Positions 1 through 15,248 of a stretch of 64,000 bases of DNA are shown piece by piece. The translations under genes and the position numbers were made by a program. The notes beneath the pieces were generated by a model. That model was not told where the DNA came from. It made no database searches and was given only the letters and a program-made list of their open reading frames with translations. The stretch comes from Eledone cirrhosa (Eukaryota), in the NCBI GenBank assembly GCA_964016885.1, contig OZ024742.1:58218001-58282000 (forward strand), given 5' to 3'. The first letter of the stretch is position 1. Each line of letters starts with the position of its first letter.

Positions 1-570
1 TTTGGTGTGATATGTCTCCGCCCTTATGTACCCCTACAGCACCAACCGGTTCCACACAGTGAAGAGCTTCCTGTTCTTGCCTTCAATGTCTTACCTCAGA
101 TAACAAAGAAGATTCATCACCTGAAGATGACACTAGAGATCAAGACTTTTTAGTTGAGACTTTACCTCAGCTATTCTCCCAGGTAGAGCTGAATGATCTA
201 GTTCGTGACTTCAACCTCGCCAAAAATTCTGCAGCACTGTTGGCTTTCCAACTGAAAAAGAAGAATCTTCTAGAGAAAGGTGTCCGTATAACCTTTTATC
301 GGAGTCAGCAAGAGTTCCTTTCTTTCTTCACAAAAGAGGAAGAGCTGGTTTATTGCAGAGATGTCAGTGGGCTTCTTAATAAACATGGCATTGAGGAATA
401 CAAACCAGAGGAATAGCGTCTTTTCATAGACAGCTCTAAGCGTAGTTTAAAATGTGTATTGTTGCACAACGGAAATGTGTATGGCTCTGTCCCACTTGGC
501 CACTCAAGGACTCTGAAGGAAAAATATGAAGAAATTAAGTTGGTTTAGAAGATACTGTATCATGATCAAG
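1..570 (+). mobile_element. Chapaev3-like (CMC) DNA transposase remnant
   Basis: Hand translation gives HQPVPHSEELPV...ELNDLVRDFNL...RLFIDSSKRSLKCVLLHNGN...KEKYEEIK. I recognise these as Chapaev3-type transposase motifs. Stops are present and no TIR lies in the window. Confidence 0.7.
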
Positions 571-742
571 GCGAGGAAGTGTGACGAGGCAGCCATCAAG
601 AAAGGAAATCACCGGTCAGTAGAGCAAAACAGTACAAGTAATGAGCTGTGTAATTTACCGTTAATAAAAGCTTTTCATAAAACCTATTACGTGTCATACT
701 TAACAAATGGTGACAAGGATAAGATACGGAAAACATTTGAAC

Positions 743-1890
743 TGTAGTGCCCTAGCGGTCGAGAACTCAGAAGTAATGAGAGTTACGTCCCTTGGAGACT
801 GTAGTGACCCCTAGTGTCAACAACAAGAGGTAATTGGAGTTACGTCCCCATGGGGACTATATATTGAGACAGCAAGAGTGCTCTATCTCTTTTACTACCA
901 GCAGCCCTGAAGAGAAGATGAACTTTGCCTTCACCCACAACACGTGGAGTGAAGATACCCAGAGCAAACTCTCACCCACTATGGTCTCAAACTACTCAGC
1001 AAAAATGAACCAACTACACAGATAACATCAACAATCTTCGTAACTCATTGGTAATATGTTTATTGTTCTATTTTGACTTCAATGAAGTAAATCTTTGTAC
1101 AAAAAGTAAATCAGCCATTCTTATTCTTTCAACAACTGTTATAATAATATCTGTACTAATACCATTTACTAAAGTGGTGACCCAGCCGTGGGAACTAAAT
1201 GTTCCTTTAAAAAAAAAAAAAAAAAAAAAAAAATACAGAGTGGTATTATAAAATAAAAAATTAATAGAAAACAACACGCTTTTTGATTCTGATATGGCTT
1301 CATTTACCGATCACATAAGGAAGAGAAAACTGAACTTTTTGTTAAGAACAATTATGTAAATATTTTTTTTTCTTCTTTCCCTTGCTCAAATTTGTGAAGA
1401 TGTCAAGATGGCGGCTTTCTTCTTCAACAGTTTTTTTGTCGCGAAACTGTGCGCTATGTTGGTTTCTGTTTTAGGTTCTCTGTAAATATATTGATAATGC
1501 CATTGTTTGCTTAGTCGCTCACTTAGATATTTCGGATGCATTCTTTTTCCTGTCCGGTTGTTTGACAAGTGGGTTTACTTTCTTTTTCCCTTGATATTTC
1601 TTTATTTTCAGAGACGCATTTTGCCGCTTACTGAGATTGCATCAATGGCATCTTATTTTGTTCTCCCTGCTTATACGGGCGACGTGAGATTATGGTTCAC
1701 TCAATGGAAGCATTTTTCGAGGTTAACAACATCGCTGAGGCACAGCAATGTCCCCTCGTCCTTAGTGAAATTCCTCCGGCACTTATCCCAAATATTAAGG
1801 ATCTTGTATTGGAGACACCGACTGACACTACTCACAAGTCGTTAAAGGCTGAAATACTCAGCCGGACTGCACAGTCCGCAAAAAAACACT
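743..1890 (+). mobile_element. Truncated Gypsy LTR retrotransposon (LTR + PBS + gag start)
   Basis: TGTAGT starts at 743 and 800 (duplicated ~57-bp head). LTR ends ...ACTAAA at 1173. PBS TGGTGACCC at 1175. Gag start MASYFVLPAYTGDVRLWF (~1645) is homologous to the gags at 13.5 kb and 49.2 kb. Confidence 0.8.
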
Positions 1891-3706
1891 TTAGAACCAT
1901 ATTAATCTTTGGTCATACTTAGCTCCCTGAAGGTTGAGCGCTTCTTCTGTAATAGATTACTAATAAATGATGGAGTTCTTCAGGATTTCTTCATCTCTCA
2001 AAGATATACCTTTACCATCTAATGAAGAATATGAGAAAACTTATTGGACAAACCAACTCCTTCATAAGAAGACTGCGGTGGCGTGCTTTCCACTTTGAAA
2101 ATAAAGAGAAAACGGATAAGAAAAACACCAACCACAATTTCGAGCATATTTTTAAATCTAGGAAAAATCCTCCTTACAACAAACTCTTGGCTAATTTCGA
2201 AAACTAAATTATAACTATACTAAGGAATATAAAATTTAAAAAAACCCATATAAAGGCCAGGAATACCTTAGAGGTCTAAAGGAAAACATTAATGACATAC
2301 AGAAAGTAAATAAAATATAAGTGAAATCAGACAAAACGAACAACCTATATGGGACTGAAAGAACGACTTAATTTTAAAAGAATTGAGAAAAAATTACAAA
2401 AAGGCCCCAAATGAGGATTTATTGGATATTAATAATGATGCATTTGAAATTATCACTAATTTTGGAATAGAGCGGAAAACCGATCCCTTCATACCAAGGC
2501 AACCGCGGATAAATTTTAAAGACCATAAAAGAAATTTTGAAGAGGACTTACCTGTTTGACTTATTGCACCTTCGAAATCAGATCTCGGAATAATTAGTAA
2601 AAACATAATAGATAGGATTTTACCAACGCTTAAATTGAGGTCAAGGTTAAATCTATGGAAGGGCACTAGTGAAGTCATAGATTAGTTCAATAATATCGAA
2701 AATCAAAATAATCATAAGTTCATTTAAATGGACAGAGCGAGTTATTATTCCTCGATAACTCCTAACCTACGAAATAAGGCGCTATCATATGCATATAAAC
2801 ACACGGATCTATCTAGTGATGAGATAAATATTATTTTAACAGCAAGGCGAACATTGATAGATTTTAATAATGATCTTTGGACTAGATCAGATAGGCAGAA
2901 GAACTTTGACATTACTATGGGCTCATCTGATTCAGCGCAAGTTACCGATCTTGTGGAAATTTTCATCCTTAACATGATAAATAGAAAACTGCCGGAGATT
3001 ACCGGTAGTTTATATAGATACGACATATTATTTACTGTAGAAAAACATAATAGTGAATTAAATTGAGTAAAGAAAGTAATTATAGAATTTTTTAAAAATT
3101 ACGACCTGAAATTAGAAGTAGAAAATAACAATAAAATAGTTAATTTTTTAGATGTAACTCTTAATTTGAACTCAGGCCTTTATTATCCTTTCCATAAACT
3201 CAATGAGAACTTAAATTATGTTAGTTTTTATTCTAATCATCCTAAAAGTGTTAAGAAAGCAATAGTCAACAGTGTGCAACAACGAATATCCAGACTATCT
3301 GCTAATAGATAAAGTAATAGTAAAGCCATATATTATAATGAAGCGTTACGTAAAGCTGGATATAACAATAATAATAATAATAAAATTGACTATAAAAATA
3401 ACAACTTGAGGAATAAATCGGGGGGAAAAAATAAGACCAAGATCTATAATTTGGTATGCTCTGCCAGCATCTTTAGCTATTAAAACACCTTTAGCCCACT
3501 TATTTTTTAAAGCCTTGGATAAATGCTTCCCTAGATCACATAAATATTACTCTATCTTCAATAGACACACAGTTAAACTCTCTTATTCAACAACTATGAA
3601 TATTGCTCAAAATATAGCAAAAATAAATAATAAAAATCTTAATTTGAACCAACATATAAATAGCGATAATAATAATAATACATTAGTAAATGGGAATAAC
3701 AATAAT

Positions 3707-3895
3707 TGTTTCTACATTAGGCACAAGGCCAGCAATTACCCAGTGCATTACTGGTACTTTATTTTATCGACCCCGTAAGGATGAAAGGCAAAGTCAACCT
3801 CGGCGGGATTTGAACTCAGATCGTAAAGGGACGTAACTATGCTGGAAAGCATGGCGTCCGACCCTCTACCGATACTGCCAATCTACCGCCCCTAT
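3707..3895 (-). mobile_element. tRNA-derived SINE
   Basis: B-box-like GAGTTCAAATCCC on the minus strand. 16-bp TSD TGGGAATAACAATAAT at 3691-3706 and 3896-3911. Same family as 41.7-41.9 kb. Confidence 0.85.
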
Positions 3896-4544
3896 TGGGA
3901 ATAACAATAATAATAGTTTAAATATGAATAATAGTAGAACACCTTTAAATAATAATAATATGAATAGTTTAGGGCAGTGGTTCCCAAAGTGGGTTCCGTG
4001 AAGCAAGGCCAGGGGTTCCGTAAGGCGCAAGTTGAGGTTTACTATAAAAATAAAGACTAACAAGTTGTAACGTGTATGATCAGTATATACTCCCCATATA
4101 AACATGCAAAGAGTGTTGCACTGCGGAGCTCTCAGCCAAATCGTTCAGTTGGGTTGTAGTATTCCATTATTAAGGGTGTACTGTGAGCACCGTGTAATAC
4201 TCAGAATTATAATAATCAGATTTATAACTTTTTACAATAAACTTACGTATTTGAATCTCTCATTTGAATATTTAAGTTCTCTCTTAAACGTAACATAGGT
4301 ACCAAGTCTCAGACGGTGAGCACATGCTGTATCCTGTATCAATTAACGTTTGCTCCTTGTCAACGAGTTTATTTTTGAGTTTTATTAAAATTTATATTTT
4401 CAAAGCCCTTCAATGGATCGATGGTTAAAAAAACAAGAAATTTGTAAAGGAACTGAAATTACAAGAAATACAGAAACAAAATCTTCTATAGAAGATACAG
4501 TAATTGCTGAGCATGCAGCACAACCTTCCGCAACTACTAGTTTA

Positions 4545-6945
4545 ATGTGCAAAATAAAAAATTTGCTTCACTTAATTATACTCAAGAGGGTTATCAATTT
4601 TATTTGTTTGTAATTACTTTAATTTTCTATGTGCAGACTTGAAATTTTGTCAGATGTTTAAATAACTATAATTTACAATTATATATTTTTACCTGATTTT
4701 TTTTTGTTAAATTTGACTTTTATGGGCAGGTGAAATTAATTAACAGGTGTAAAAGTAATAACTTTATGGATAAACACAAAAATTTAAACTTTATCTGCCT
4801 TACTTGTTAGATTTGTTGCAAAAAAATCCAATAATGACCTAGATGCTTAATTAAAAATGCAGGTGTAATCAGTACAAGGTTTCTCTACATTCCAGGCAAA
4901 TATTTTCATTGAAAAAAATGTATAAAACCTTTTCACCAGTCAAAATAATATTGGCAATGTACTCTTACACAATGTACGGTGTAAATTTACGTAACAGAAT
5001 GTTCTCAATATATAAGTTCATTAACAGGTGTGACACAGGTGAATACAGGTGTTTTTGTATATGTGTTCTAATATATTTTTAAAATATTATTTTCAATATT
5101 GTCAGACAATATTTCTATCGTGATACTGCCCAAAGCACCCTTTACATAATGGCACTTTGCAAAAGGAACACATAAATAGGGTTTGGATTGCATAACCTTT
5201 AACAGTTTTTCTCTTTTGCAAAGAGCACAATCGGCAAACCTTCCTCCTACCATCAATTCTCTCCACTTTGTGAAAATCAATATTTTCTTTGTGGACCACT
5301 GCTAATTTTGATTTTTTCCCAGCTTTGTGTTTGCGAGAAGTATATCCTCCACGTAGCTGGGATGCAATGTCCACGCGAAACTTCATATGACAGTAGTCCT
5401 TTGGTGGTGGCAGATCCTTGTGGCTTTTAGTAAATACAATAAAAGAATTCACAATGGTTAAATCCACTAAAAACCACAAGATGTATCTCCATTTCTTTCC
5501 AGGGTGCCCAACTGGGTAATAAGCACAGTACTGGTCAGATTTGTCAACCCCACCCATATATTTATTGTAGGAGAGGTTAACTAAAGGTCTACCCTCAGCC
5601 CCAACACCTGGTTGTTAGTTAGAACTCAGGAACAAAATTTGCCGTTTGTCCGTGGCTAACATGTTCTCTTTTTGCATTTGGAGAATGTCGCCTCTGTTTT
5701 TCAGCTTCGCAACTTTTATTTCTTGGGGTAGCCCTTTCCGATTGCTCATTATTGTGCCGCAGGTGTATGTATTTACAAGGGCAAGATCCTCTGCTAAAAG
5801 CACCGAAGAAAAAAACGGTCAAAATATATGTCTGTTGAGAGTGGAAAGGTTGAGTCAGCGACCACACAACATCGTAACCCAACCCGTGTTTTCTCTCTCT
5901 GTTATGTTTTTTTCCTGTGTCCGATTCACACAGTTCCCACACTTTGATGCCCCATTTGGTGGGTTTAGCTGGCATATACTGTCTGAAATGAACCCTACCC
6001 TTATACCCAATCATAGCTTCATCAACACTAAGATTTTTTCCAGGTATATACACACTTTTAAATTTTTCTGACAACATTTCAATTAATGGTCGTACTTTGT
6101 ACAGTGGGTCGTAATTTGATTCATTTCTACCAGGGGCATTTGAAGTATCAACCAGATGCAAATACTGGTTTAATTTGATGAATCTCGTTTTTGCCATAAT
6201 ACTAGATATATAAGGGTCACCAAACCTTATATCAGTACTCCAATAATTCTACAGTCATGGAAATTGTTTAATACTAAACATAATGTTTATGGTAAAAAAC
6301 GCTTTCATTTCGGCAGAATCTGTCGGACGCCATAACAGATCGGGTTTTCTGATATTAGAAATCTGTTGTTGTGCATAGCGATTTGTCTCTTCTGCCACAA
6401 CTTCGAAGAAAGTTTGTGGTAAAAATAAAAAAATAATAATCCAGTGCTTTAGCATCGGGTGGTAATGTGTGTTGTGGTCCAGTATTTTCAGTAAAATCCG
6501 AAACATGTATCGGTGTTGTTTCTTTCAACCACGTTATATCTTCAACCACAGTTATATCTTCTCTTTCACTTTCAAAGTGACTATCATCATCATCAGATAT
6601 ATCGGAAATAAATATATCTGATTCATTTGAAGATAAATCACTGATATTATCTTCTGTTTCTTTTTGATCTCGAATGTCGTCGGACGTAAAACCTTCAAAT
6701 TCGTTGTCGCAACTTTCGGAAGCCATGTTACACTTTCAACGTTAAAAACACGTGTTATCGCAAGTTCTTTAACTATACTAAGAGTTAATTTTCGCGCGTA
6801 AGGGCTTTATCTCGCACTAATCTCGAATTGACGAGATTTCGATGATGTCAATGTTTATTTTTAGAAGGAGATCTCCGTGTGGTATTAAATGACGGTTTGA
6901 ATAAATGAAAGGGGACATAATCTTGTCGGTTTGAATGCTAAAGGG
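4545..6945 (-). mobile_element. piggyBac element 1 (PGBD4-like transposase, frameshifted; left TIR lost)
   Basis: ORF pieces 6726->5102 carry LSVDEAM, QYMPAKPTKWGIK, MGGVDKSDQ and a C-terminal Cys-rich domain. The right end ...GAATGCTAAAGGG is followed by TTAA (6946-6949). The left boundary is approximate. Confidence 0.9.
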
Positions 6946-8769
6946 TTAATGGTGAGGCACATACTATTGGTGAATCACTAATAAAACCTATATTGAAAGA
7001 TGTAGTATCCTGTGTATTTAATGAAGAGGCTGTTCAAAAGGTTGAAGCTATATCTCTTTCCAACAATACGGTGTCAAGACGTATTACTGATATTGCTGAT
7101 ATTAAAAAAGAACTTATTTCACGATTGCATGCATGTCATGCTTACGCATTGCAAATGGATGAGTCGACAGATGTAGCTGGACTAGCAATATTACTTGTAT
7201 TTGCTAGATATGACTTTAACAAAAATATTGAGGACAACATCCTTTTTTGTAAAAGTTTAGAGCTGCATACCACAGGAAAAGATATACAGTGCATCTTCGC
7301 TTATCCACATATCGCTTTTCCGAAATTCAATTTACCGGACGGCTATTTCTATACTACAAACAATGTGTATTTGAAGGTTGTTTAGGAAGGTTTATGTTTA
7401 TCTGAAGGTTTATGAAGTTTATAGAAAACGCGCCTAGTGTCGGTTGGCTACTTGTGCCTAGCCGTCACACGCAGCTAACACGTGGCGTGTATTGATTTCT
7501 TTTATTTGATTGACTGCTTAAAAGCTAAGAAACTAACTTGGCTCTCAGTTAAACATAATGGCTGGAGAAAAGCGAAAGCGAGTTGTTTTGACTATCGCGG
7601 ATAAGCTCTCTATATGTCAGGCCCGTAGCCAAGCGGATGCCAGGGGATGCCCGGCATCCCCTATCAAAAGCAAATTTAGTTTTGGCATCCCCTATCAAAC
7701 AAGATTTTATTTTAAAAAATTAACACAACAGGTAAAGGCAAAATAAAACATTAATGACACAGAATAAGCCTATATAAGACAATATCACAATATTATACGG
7801 TTTGACTTGTATTTTGGACAAAGCATATATACAATATACATATATGAATATGAGGAGAGAGAATATACATACACATCTTATAATATCTTTCTATTTGTTT
7901 AAATATTTGCATGAGGTATCACATGTATACAGGACATATTTTATATAATTACCTATTATTAAATAGTATTGTAAAAGTGAAACTAAAATTTCATGAAAGT
8001 TTAAAGGTATGTTTTTACATTATATATTTTAATACATTTTATGACTGCTCTGCATCTGCATAAAAAATATTAACAAATATATTTTTACATAAATTTTAGG
8101 ATCATGGATATATCAAAATATTTCTCCCCATCTTCAAAAAGAAGAAAAAAATGAAGACAACAATGATTATGAAAATATAACAGTAACTACAGCGCAATCA
8201 TCGTTACAGAATGCTTCATCCGAATCAAAGAAAACATTAGATGTGTTAAATTCTACAGAAAACGAAATTGGCCATAAAAAATTAACAACAAATGAACCTA
8301 TTCAGCCATTTTTACAATTTTATCCAAAAACAATGTACGGTACTCGAAGTAGATGCTTTAATTATAATTGGTTCACAAAATACAATTGGCTTGAATATAT
8401 TGTTGAGTGTGATTCTTGTTTGTGTTTTCCTCGTAGAGTCTATAACAAGGTGCAATTTAAGGAAGATGTCTTCACAAACAAAGGTTTTAGAAATTGGAAT
8501 AATGCTAGTTAAAACAAAAGGATTTTCTCAACATGCAATGACAGCAGGACACAACGAAGCAATGATTTTATTGGAGGAACACAAAAAGAGAATAAATAAT
8601 AATCTTAGTGTTGACACTCTGTTAGTCCAAAAATTACCAGAGCATAGCATTTGGATGGAATGTGTATTTTGTGTTGTCAAGGTTTTAGCATGTAATGGAC
8701 TTCCATTTCAAAGGGATGATGAGTGTACTGATTTTGCATTTGGAAATATTGGTGGTGGTTTATATTTAA

Positions 8770-11373
8770 GCCTTTCGTTACCATATTTCTAACCAAAATA
8801 CACCCCTTATGTGTTTCAATTAATTTCTAACATAATCATAAATTTAGTCTGGTTTCATTAAACAACTAACTTTTTTATTTATCAACATATTAATGTGATT
8901 TTTTGAAGAAAATTTAACGAAAGGTTCTCAACCAATTCTATTCCATAATTTTTGTCTCAAAGTGACTAATTACAGGTAAATACAGGTAAATTCAACAAAA
9001 TATGAAATTATTTAAATTTTGTTCAAATATCGCTATAGAAAATGGGTTATTAGCTAATATTTAATTGGCTATACAGCAAAATTTTACTATAGAAGAGTTG
9101 TGCACATTACTGGATTTATCAGGTGAATTTAAACACACAAAAGACAGGTGTACCATAAAGGTATAAATAAAACGAAAGACTGGAATTTGTCTGAAGAAAA
9201 CTAGAAAACAAAATACACACACACCAACTAGATTAAATAAGCTCTCCCACATACATAGATACGCAGAAATATACAATAATGATTTACAAAAGAAATTAAT
9301 CAAAACTCGTTACTCACCTTACAGGTAAATTAAAATAACAGGTAAATTAAAATTACACAAAGAAACCACCATACCAACAGTTACATTCATCCATCCACTT
9401 ATCGTTACAACCACACATAATATTCCGTTACACAACCTTGCAGAATGCACATTAGAAAGTTGTTACAACAGACCTTCCACTAGGAGCTTTCCTTTTTTGA
9501 TGAAGGCATTCACGACACTGCCTTTTGCGACCCTCAATTTTTTTCTAATTTATGGAGATCAGCTGAATTCAGAGGGAAATCTCTCTGGCAGGCTTTGTTT
9601 TTTCTCCCTACAGTTATTTTTTTTTTAGGAATAACCAGCTCTTAATTGTGTTGCTACATCTGCTCGGAACTGCAGATGGTCGCATCGCTTTCGAGCCGAT
9701 CCCGATTTGGTATATAGTATAAAAGCATTAGTAATACTCATATTTACTCATATATACCAAACAAGGTATCGCCACCATTTATTCCCCAATCTGCCAACTG
9801 GATAATAAGACATCATCTGATTCATCCGATCTACACCAACCATGTACCTGTTATAATCGAGATTCACAAATGGGGTGCCATTTTCATCCACATGTGGCCG
9901 TGCACAGGTAGACAGAAAATTGATCTGCCTCTTATCTCTGTATGCGGTCGCTAGCAAATTTCCTTTCTGCCGTTGAATTATTTCGCCTTTTTTTTTTTTT
10001 TTTTTGCTTTTTTTATATCCAACGGCAGTCTTTTTCTATTAGCGATCACTGTAGCACATGTATGTGTTGCCACAGTATCTAAATTCTCCGCAAGTTTGAC
10101 CGAACTGAAAAACCGGTCAAAAAATAATATACGGTCCTGGTTATGGTATGGAAGTGATAAATTCCAGACCACATCATACCCTAGGCCATGCTGACTTACA
10201 TAATTGTCTCTTTTGCCAGTATAAAATTCAAATCCAGAGCAGTACCCAGTATTCAATTTGCAAATCTTCCAAACTTTGAAACCCCATTTTGTGGGCTTTC
10301 CTGGCATATATTGTCGAAAACGCACTCGGCCTTTATAGCCCACCATACACTCATCGATAGATAAATATCTCCCTGGTTTGTAAATTGTTTTATATGTGTT
10401 TTGAACACAATCAATGAGGGGTCTTATTTTAAATAAGGGATCATAGTTTGGTTCTCCACGTACTGGTGTCCTGCTCGTATCTCTTACATGTAAATACTGC
10501 GTCAATTTTAAAAACCGTGTCCTCGTCATTATACTTGAGACATATTCGTCTCCAAAGGGTTTATCGCTACTCCAGTAATTTGTAATTCTGGGTAGCTTTC
10601 TAATGCCCATAATAATATTTATGGCAAAATAAGCCCTAATTTCATTTAAGCTTGTGGGAAACCACAAACTATCCTTTTTTTCGCTTTGTTTACTTTCAGC
10701 GTAACAGTTTGTTTCCGCCGTAATAATTTCAAACAAGCTCATAGGAAAAAGTAAAAGGAAATAGTCTAAAGCTTTGCTCTCCTGGGATAGACTGTGACTT
10801 GGTTCAGTTTCTTCATAAAAATCACTGAAAGAAACGGTTTTTAAATTTTTACTCCATTCAGGTGCCAATTCATTTTCTTTATCGCTGTCATCAAAGCTCT
10901 CGGATTCACTGTTTTCACTTTCGGAAAATGAAACATCGGATTCATTAACAAATACCACGTGCTTTTTTTTTTCAGTTATAGAGTTAGATTTTTCAAGGTC
11001 TTCAGTAGAAAATCCTTCGAATTCTGACTCGCTGCTTGACTGAATGAAATTGGTATCCATTTTTTGTCAGAATTACAAATTTTCAAAACACAACAGGAAC
11101 AAATTTGGAAAAAAATCTCCCAAAATTCACAGAATTAAAATAACATGTCGACATTTGTCCAAAACTGTAGCTCAATTGTTTACGTAGTATAATCACATGT
11201 TTTTACAAATGTACTAACGAGATTTGCTCTGATATTCTCATTTAAATATGAATGTGTGAGTACGGTCGGTTTTGGGCGGCTTGGTCACATGAACCAAAAT
11301 TTTTTTCTGGCGGCTTGGTCACATGAACCAAAATTTTTTTCTGGCAGCTTTGGCCGGTTTGGTAACGAAAGGA
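8770..11373 (-). mobile_element. piggyBac element 2 (PGBD4-like)
   Basis: TTAA TSDs at 8766-8769 and 11374-11377. TIRs gCCTTTCGTTACCA / TGGTAACGAAAGGa. A 360-aa ORF (11060->9978) has SIDECM and FFDRFF, followed by a frameshifted C-terminal part. Confidence 0.93.
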
Positions 11374-12171
11374 TTAAATAGTTTTTCTGGGCTTCTCTTT
11401 CATGTAAACCCCAATTTGGCTGAAATTGCAAGTCGTCTACCGAGAAATGCAAAATATACATCACCGGACATTCAGAATGAAGTAATTTGTTTAATTTCCC
11501 AGATAATAAAAGAAAGAATTAGTAAAGAAATAAATGAAGCAGAAATATTTACCATCATGGTGGATGGAGCAACAGATATAAGAAATCAGGAATTGGTCGG
11601 TTTTGTTATAAGGTATATCAACATGACAGATTTGTCTATAAAAGAACATGTTATTGATATTGCTCCAGCTAACGACCGTTCTTCATTTGGAATATTAAAC
11701 TTGTTAACTGACATTGCAGAGAAAAATTGAGTTAATATAAATATTGGAGTTGCTTTACAATGTTATGACGGAGCAAATGTTATGGCTGGTTATCGTGGTG
11801 GTTTGCAACAATTATTGAATGAAAAAGTTGGTCGGAAAGTGGTATATATTCACTGTTTTTGTCACAAAATGGTTTTAGCTGTCCAGCGCTCTTTAACATC
11901 TATAAAGAAAATTAATGATCACTATGATATTGTGTGTAATTTATACATTTCAAATTGGTTGACATTCGAAAACATTACAAAGGGAAAGCATTAAAGCGTT
12001 TAATTGAAACACGGTGGTCAGGTCATTTTGAAACTATCAATGCAATTAACAGTGAGTTTAATGATATATTAGACTGTTTACATATTACCTCAACTGATAA
12101 AAGCGTTAAAGTTGATCATCGTATAACATCATCTGGTCTTTATGCTCAAATATTTAATTCAGAGTTTATCT

Positions 12172-15100
12172 TGTAGCATAGCGGCCCTTTACGGCTGTGA
12201 CTCAGCACGTATGAGAGTTGCGTCCCTTTACGACGGTCGTAACTCAGCACGTATAGGAGTTACGTCCCTTTGCGACAGGCGCAATCCCCATTGGCAGATT
12301 CATGTACTAAATGGAGTTGCGTCCCCCTGGGGACTATATATCTGAGGGCTGGCAAGCCATCAGCCTCTCTCGCATCCTGACCTTCGAAGCGACAACAAGA
12401 ATACCTGAGACCTTGACAAGAGATGACTCCTGTCCCACTTCCTTCGCCAGCAAGAAGAAGAATACCGGCAGCCTAAAGAAATACTAACACCTCCAAGAGA
12501 AGATTTCTGTTCTTTTCTACACACTCCAGTCTGGGAGTTGTGACCAACTGAACATCTACATGTGGTAACAATTATTTATATTAATTTATTTGACTTCATC
12601 ACCATCATCATCATTTTACGTCCGCTTTTCCCTGCTTGCAAGGGTGGGACGGGAACTGATTCTGGCTTGATTTCTACAGCTGGATGCCCTTCCTAAAAAC
12701 CAACCTCATTTACAGTGAGTGCTGGGTGCTTTTTTTGCCGTGGCACCTCCACGTCCACTTTCTACAGCTGAGTAAACTGGAGCAATGTGAAATAAAGTGT
12801 CTTGCTCAAGGAAACAACACATCACCCGGTCTGAGAATTGAACTCACAACCTTTCGATTGCAAGCCCAATGCTCTAACCACTAAGCCATGTGCCTCCTTC
12901 TGTGAAGTAAAACCTTGTCACAACACTCACCGGCATTTATTGTCATTCTTGATTATATATATATATGTACACTGATACTAATCTCCTAAATTGGTGACCT
13001 GACGTTTTTTTTTAAACAAAAAAAAAAAAAAAAAGAATTGGAAATAGTACCGTGTGTATATAAAAAAAACGAGAAAAAAAAAACATTTAATACAGAACAA
13101 CACACTTGATTCTGATATGGCTGTATTGACCGATCTAAACATATTTCTCTGTAACACTTAACATCAAACTCTTCACATGTGCAAAACGAACACCCAAAGT
13201 TATTTACAAACAAACAAACAGCAATTGTATAAATGTTTTTTTCCTTTTTTTTCTCCTTTCTTCTTTTCTTCTCTTCTCTGGCTAAAAATTTTGAGGATGA
13301 CAAGATGGCAGCTTTCTTCTCCATCAATAGTGTTTTTGGCGTGAAATAGTTCGCCATGTTGGATTTAGTTTTAAGTTCCCTGCCCTATACCTTATTAATG
13401 ACATCACTCGGTTAGTCGCTCCTTTGAATATTGTCCCGGATGCATTATTTTTCCTGTCCAGTTGTTTGACAGAGAAAAATAAGCGATTTTGTTTTCCTTT
13501 GCTGTTGGAGACATTTTTCCAAACAGAGATGATTTTTTTTTGTTTTTGGCAAATTACCTACGGTATACCAATGGCTTCTTATTCTGTTCTACCTACGTAC
13601 ACGGGCGACGTAAGGCTATGGTTCGCCCAACTCGAACCATTTTTCGAGGCGAACAGAGTTGACGAGGCACAACAACGTCCTCTGGTCCTTAGTGCAATTC
13701 CTCCGGCACTTCTCCCAGCGATTAAGAACCTGGTGTTAGAGACACCCACAGACGCGACGTACAAGTCTCTAAAGGCTGAAATACTCAGCCGGACTGCACA
13801 CTCTGCAGAAAAAAGATTTAGGGCTCTGGTCCATCTGGAGCATATAGGGGATGGCACCCCATCGAACCTCCTAAGGCGAATGAAGGACCTAACAGAGGGG
13901 TCGGTAACGGAAACTGCCATGCTGAAGCAGTTGTTCTTCTCGCGTCTACCGACCAACGTACAGGGAATTTTGGCCCCCATTAGGGATACTTGCATGGTGG
14001 ATCAGCTTGCCGCCTCTGCGGACAAAGTTTTCTAAGTTACGGGTGCTGGAGGCAGCGAACCCCTTGCCGCTGTTTACCACCCAGCTCAGACCACACCTGG
14101 CTATGCCATCTACGCGGCAGCGCCGATAGACAGCTCAGCTATCATGGCGATGCAGAAGTCCATTCAGGAACTCACCCTAGAGCTCCATAAGATGAAGGCC
14201 AGGTGTGGTGCCCATTTGCGCCCCCGCAGTCACGGGAGATCGCAAAGTTTTAGCAGTCATTCCAAGTCACCAGCTTCATCTTTATGCTGGTATCACGAGC
14301 GATTGCTGAGAGCGCAAACTACTGTGTGCAACCTTGCTCGTTTCATAAGGCGGGAAACGCCTAAGAGGTCTGCTGATGGGGACAGTTGACCTCAACATAA
14401 AGCCACCAAACTGCCATTTCTTTATTAAGGACCTTATGTCGGGAAGAGGTTTCCTCGTGGATACAGGAGCCTCCTGTAGTATTTGGCCGGTCCATTGCCT
14501 GAAAGATACCCCCGTAGAGTCACCTGTTACTCTGCAGGGAGTTAATCACTCATCTATAAAGACATACAGGCAAATCTCGCTTTCTCTCAAATGCCTAAAT
14601 CTTTGTAGAGATTTTAAGTGGATTCTTACGGTTGCCGATTTGCCATTCCCTATCTTAGGAGCGGATTTCCTCCACAACTTCTCTTTGACTGTGGACGTCC
14701 GTGGCCAACGTCTGGTGGATAACATCACCGATTTTTCAATTTGTGGCCGGAAAGCCAATGCTCCAAACAGTCAGCCCCATATTCTTCATCGCTGCCGCTG
14801 GAGACGCCTACCATTCGTTGTTAGGTTCTTTCCCGGAGCTCACCGATGGAAATTTTTGAGTCACCGAGCCAACACACTCAACTGAACATTTCGTTTCCAC
14901 CACCAGTGCTCCAGTGTTTGCGCGTCCACGCCGCTTACCGGCGGACAAATGAAAGGCAGCACGGTCCAAGTTCGATCATATGCTGCAGCTGGGCATTATT
15001 CGCCCATCTACGAGTCCTTGGGCTTCACCGTTACACATGGTGCCTAAGACTTCCGGCGACTGGAGACCCACTGGGGATTATAGAAGGTTAAATGCCATGA

Positions 15101-15248
15101 CCGTCCTGGATAGGTATCCCATTCCCCATCTCCAGGATTTCGCATCTTCATTGCAGGGTGTAAGATTTTCTCAAAACTAGATTTAGTGTGAGCCTACCAC
15201 CAAATTCCGGTCAGGAAGGAGGATATTCCGAAAACAACGATTACAACA
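12172..15248 (+). mobile_element. Gypsy family A copy 1 (5' LTR, gag, PR, partial RT), 3'-deleted
   Basis: LTR 12172-12990 is homologous to 48242-48678 and 56843-57350. PBS TGGTGACC at 12992. Gag at ~13570, protease [22 protein letters not shown]. Ends abruptly in hAT sequence. Confidence 0.92.
12598..12896 (-). mobile_element. tRNA-derived SINE with RTE-derived 3' tail, inside the Gypsy LTR
   Basis: Head GAGGCACATGGCTTAGTGGTTAGAGC...GAGTTCAATTC has A and B boxes. (ATG)n tail. Short TSD CTTC. Absent from the other LTR copies. Confidence 0.88.

Noticed and set aside
9978-11060. Domesticated PGBD host gene
   Set aside because: It still has TIRs and TTAA TSDs, is frameshifted at a poly-A run, and is nested in another TE.
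12820-12896. tRNA gene
   Set aside because: It has A/B boxes but continues into a SINE body and RTE tail, so it is a SINE head.
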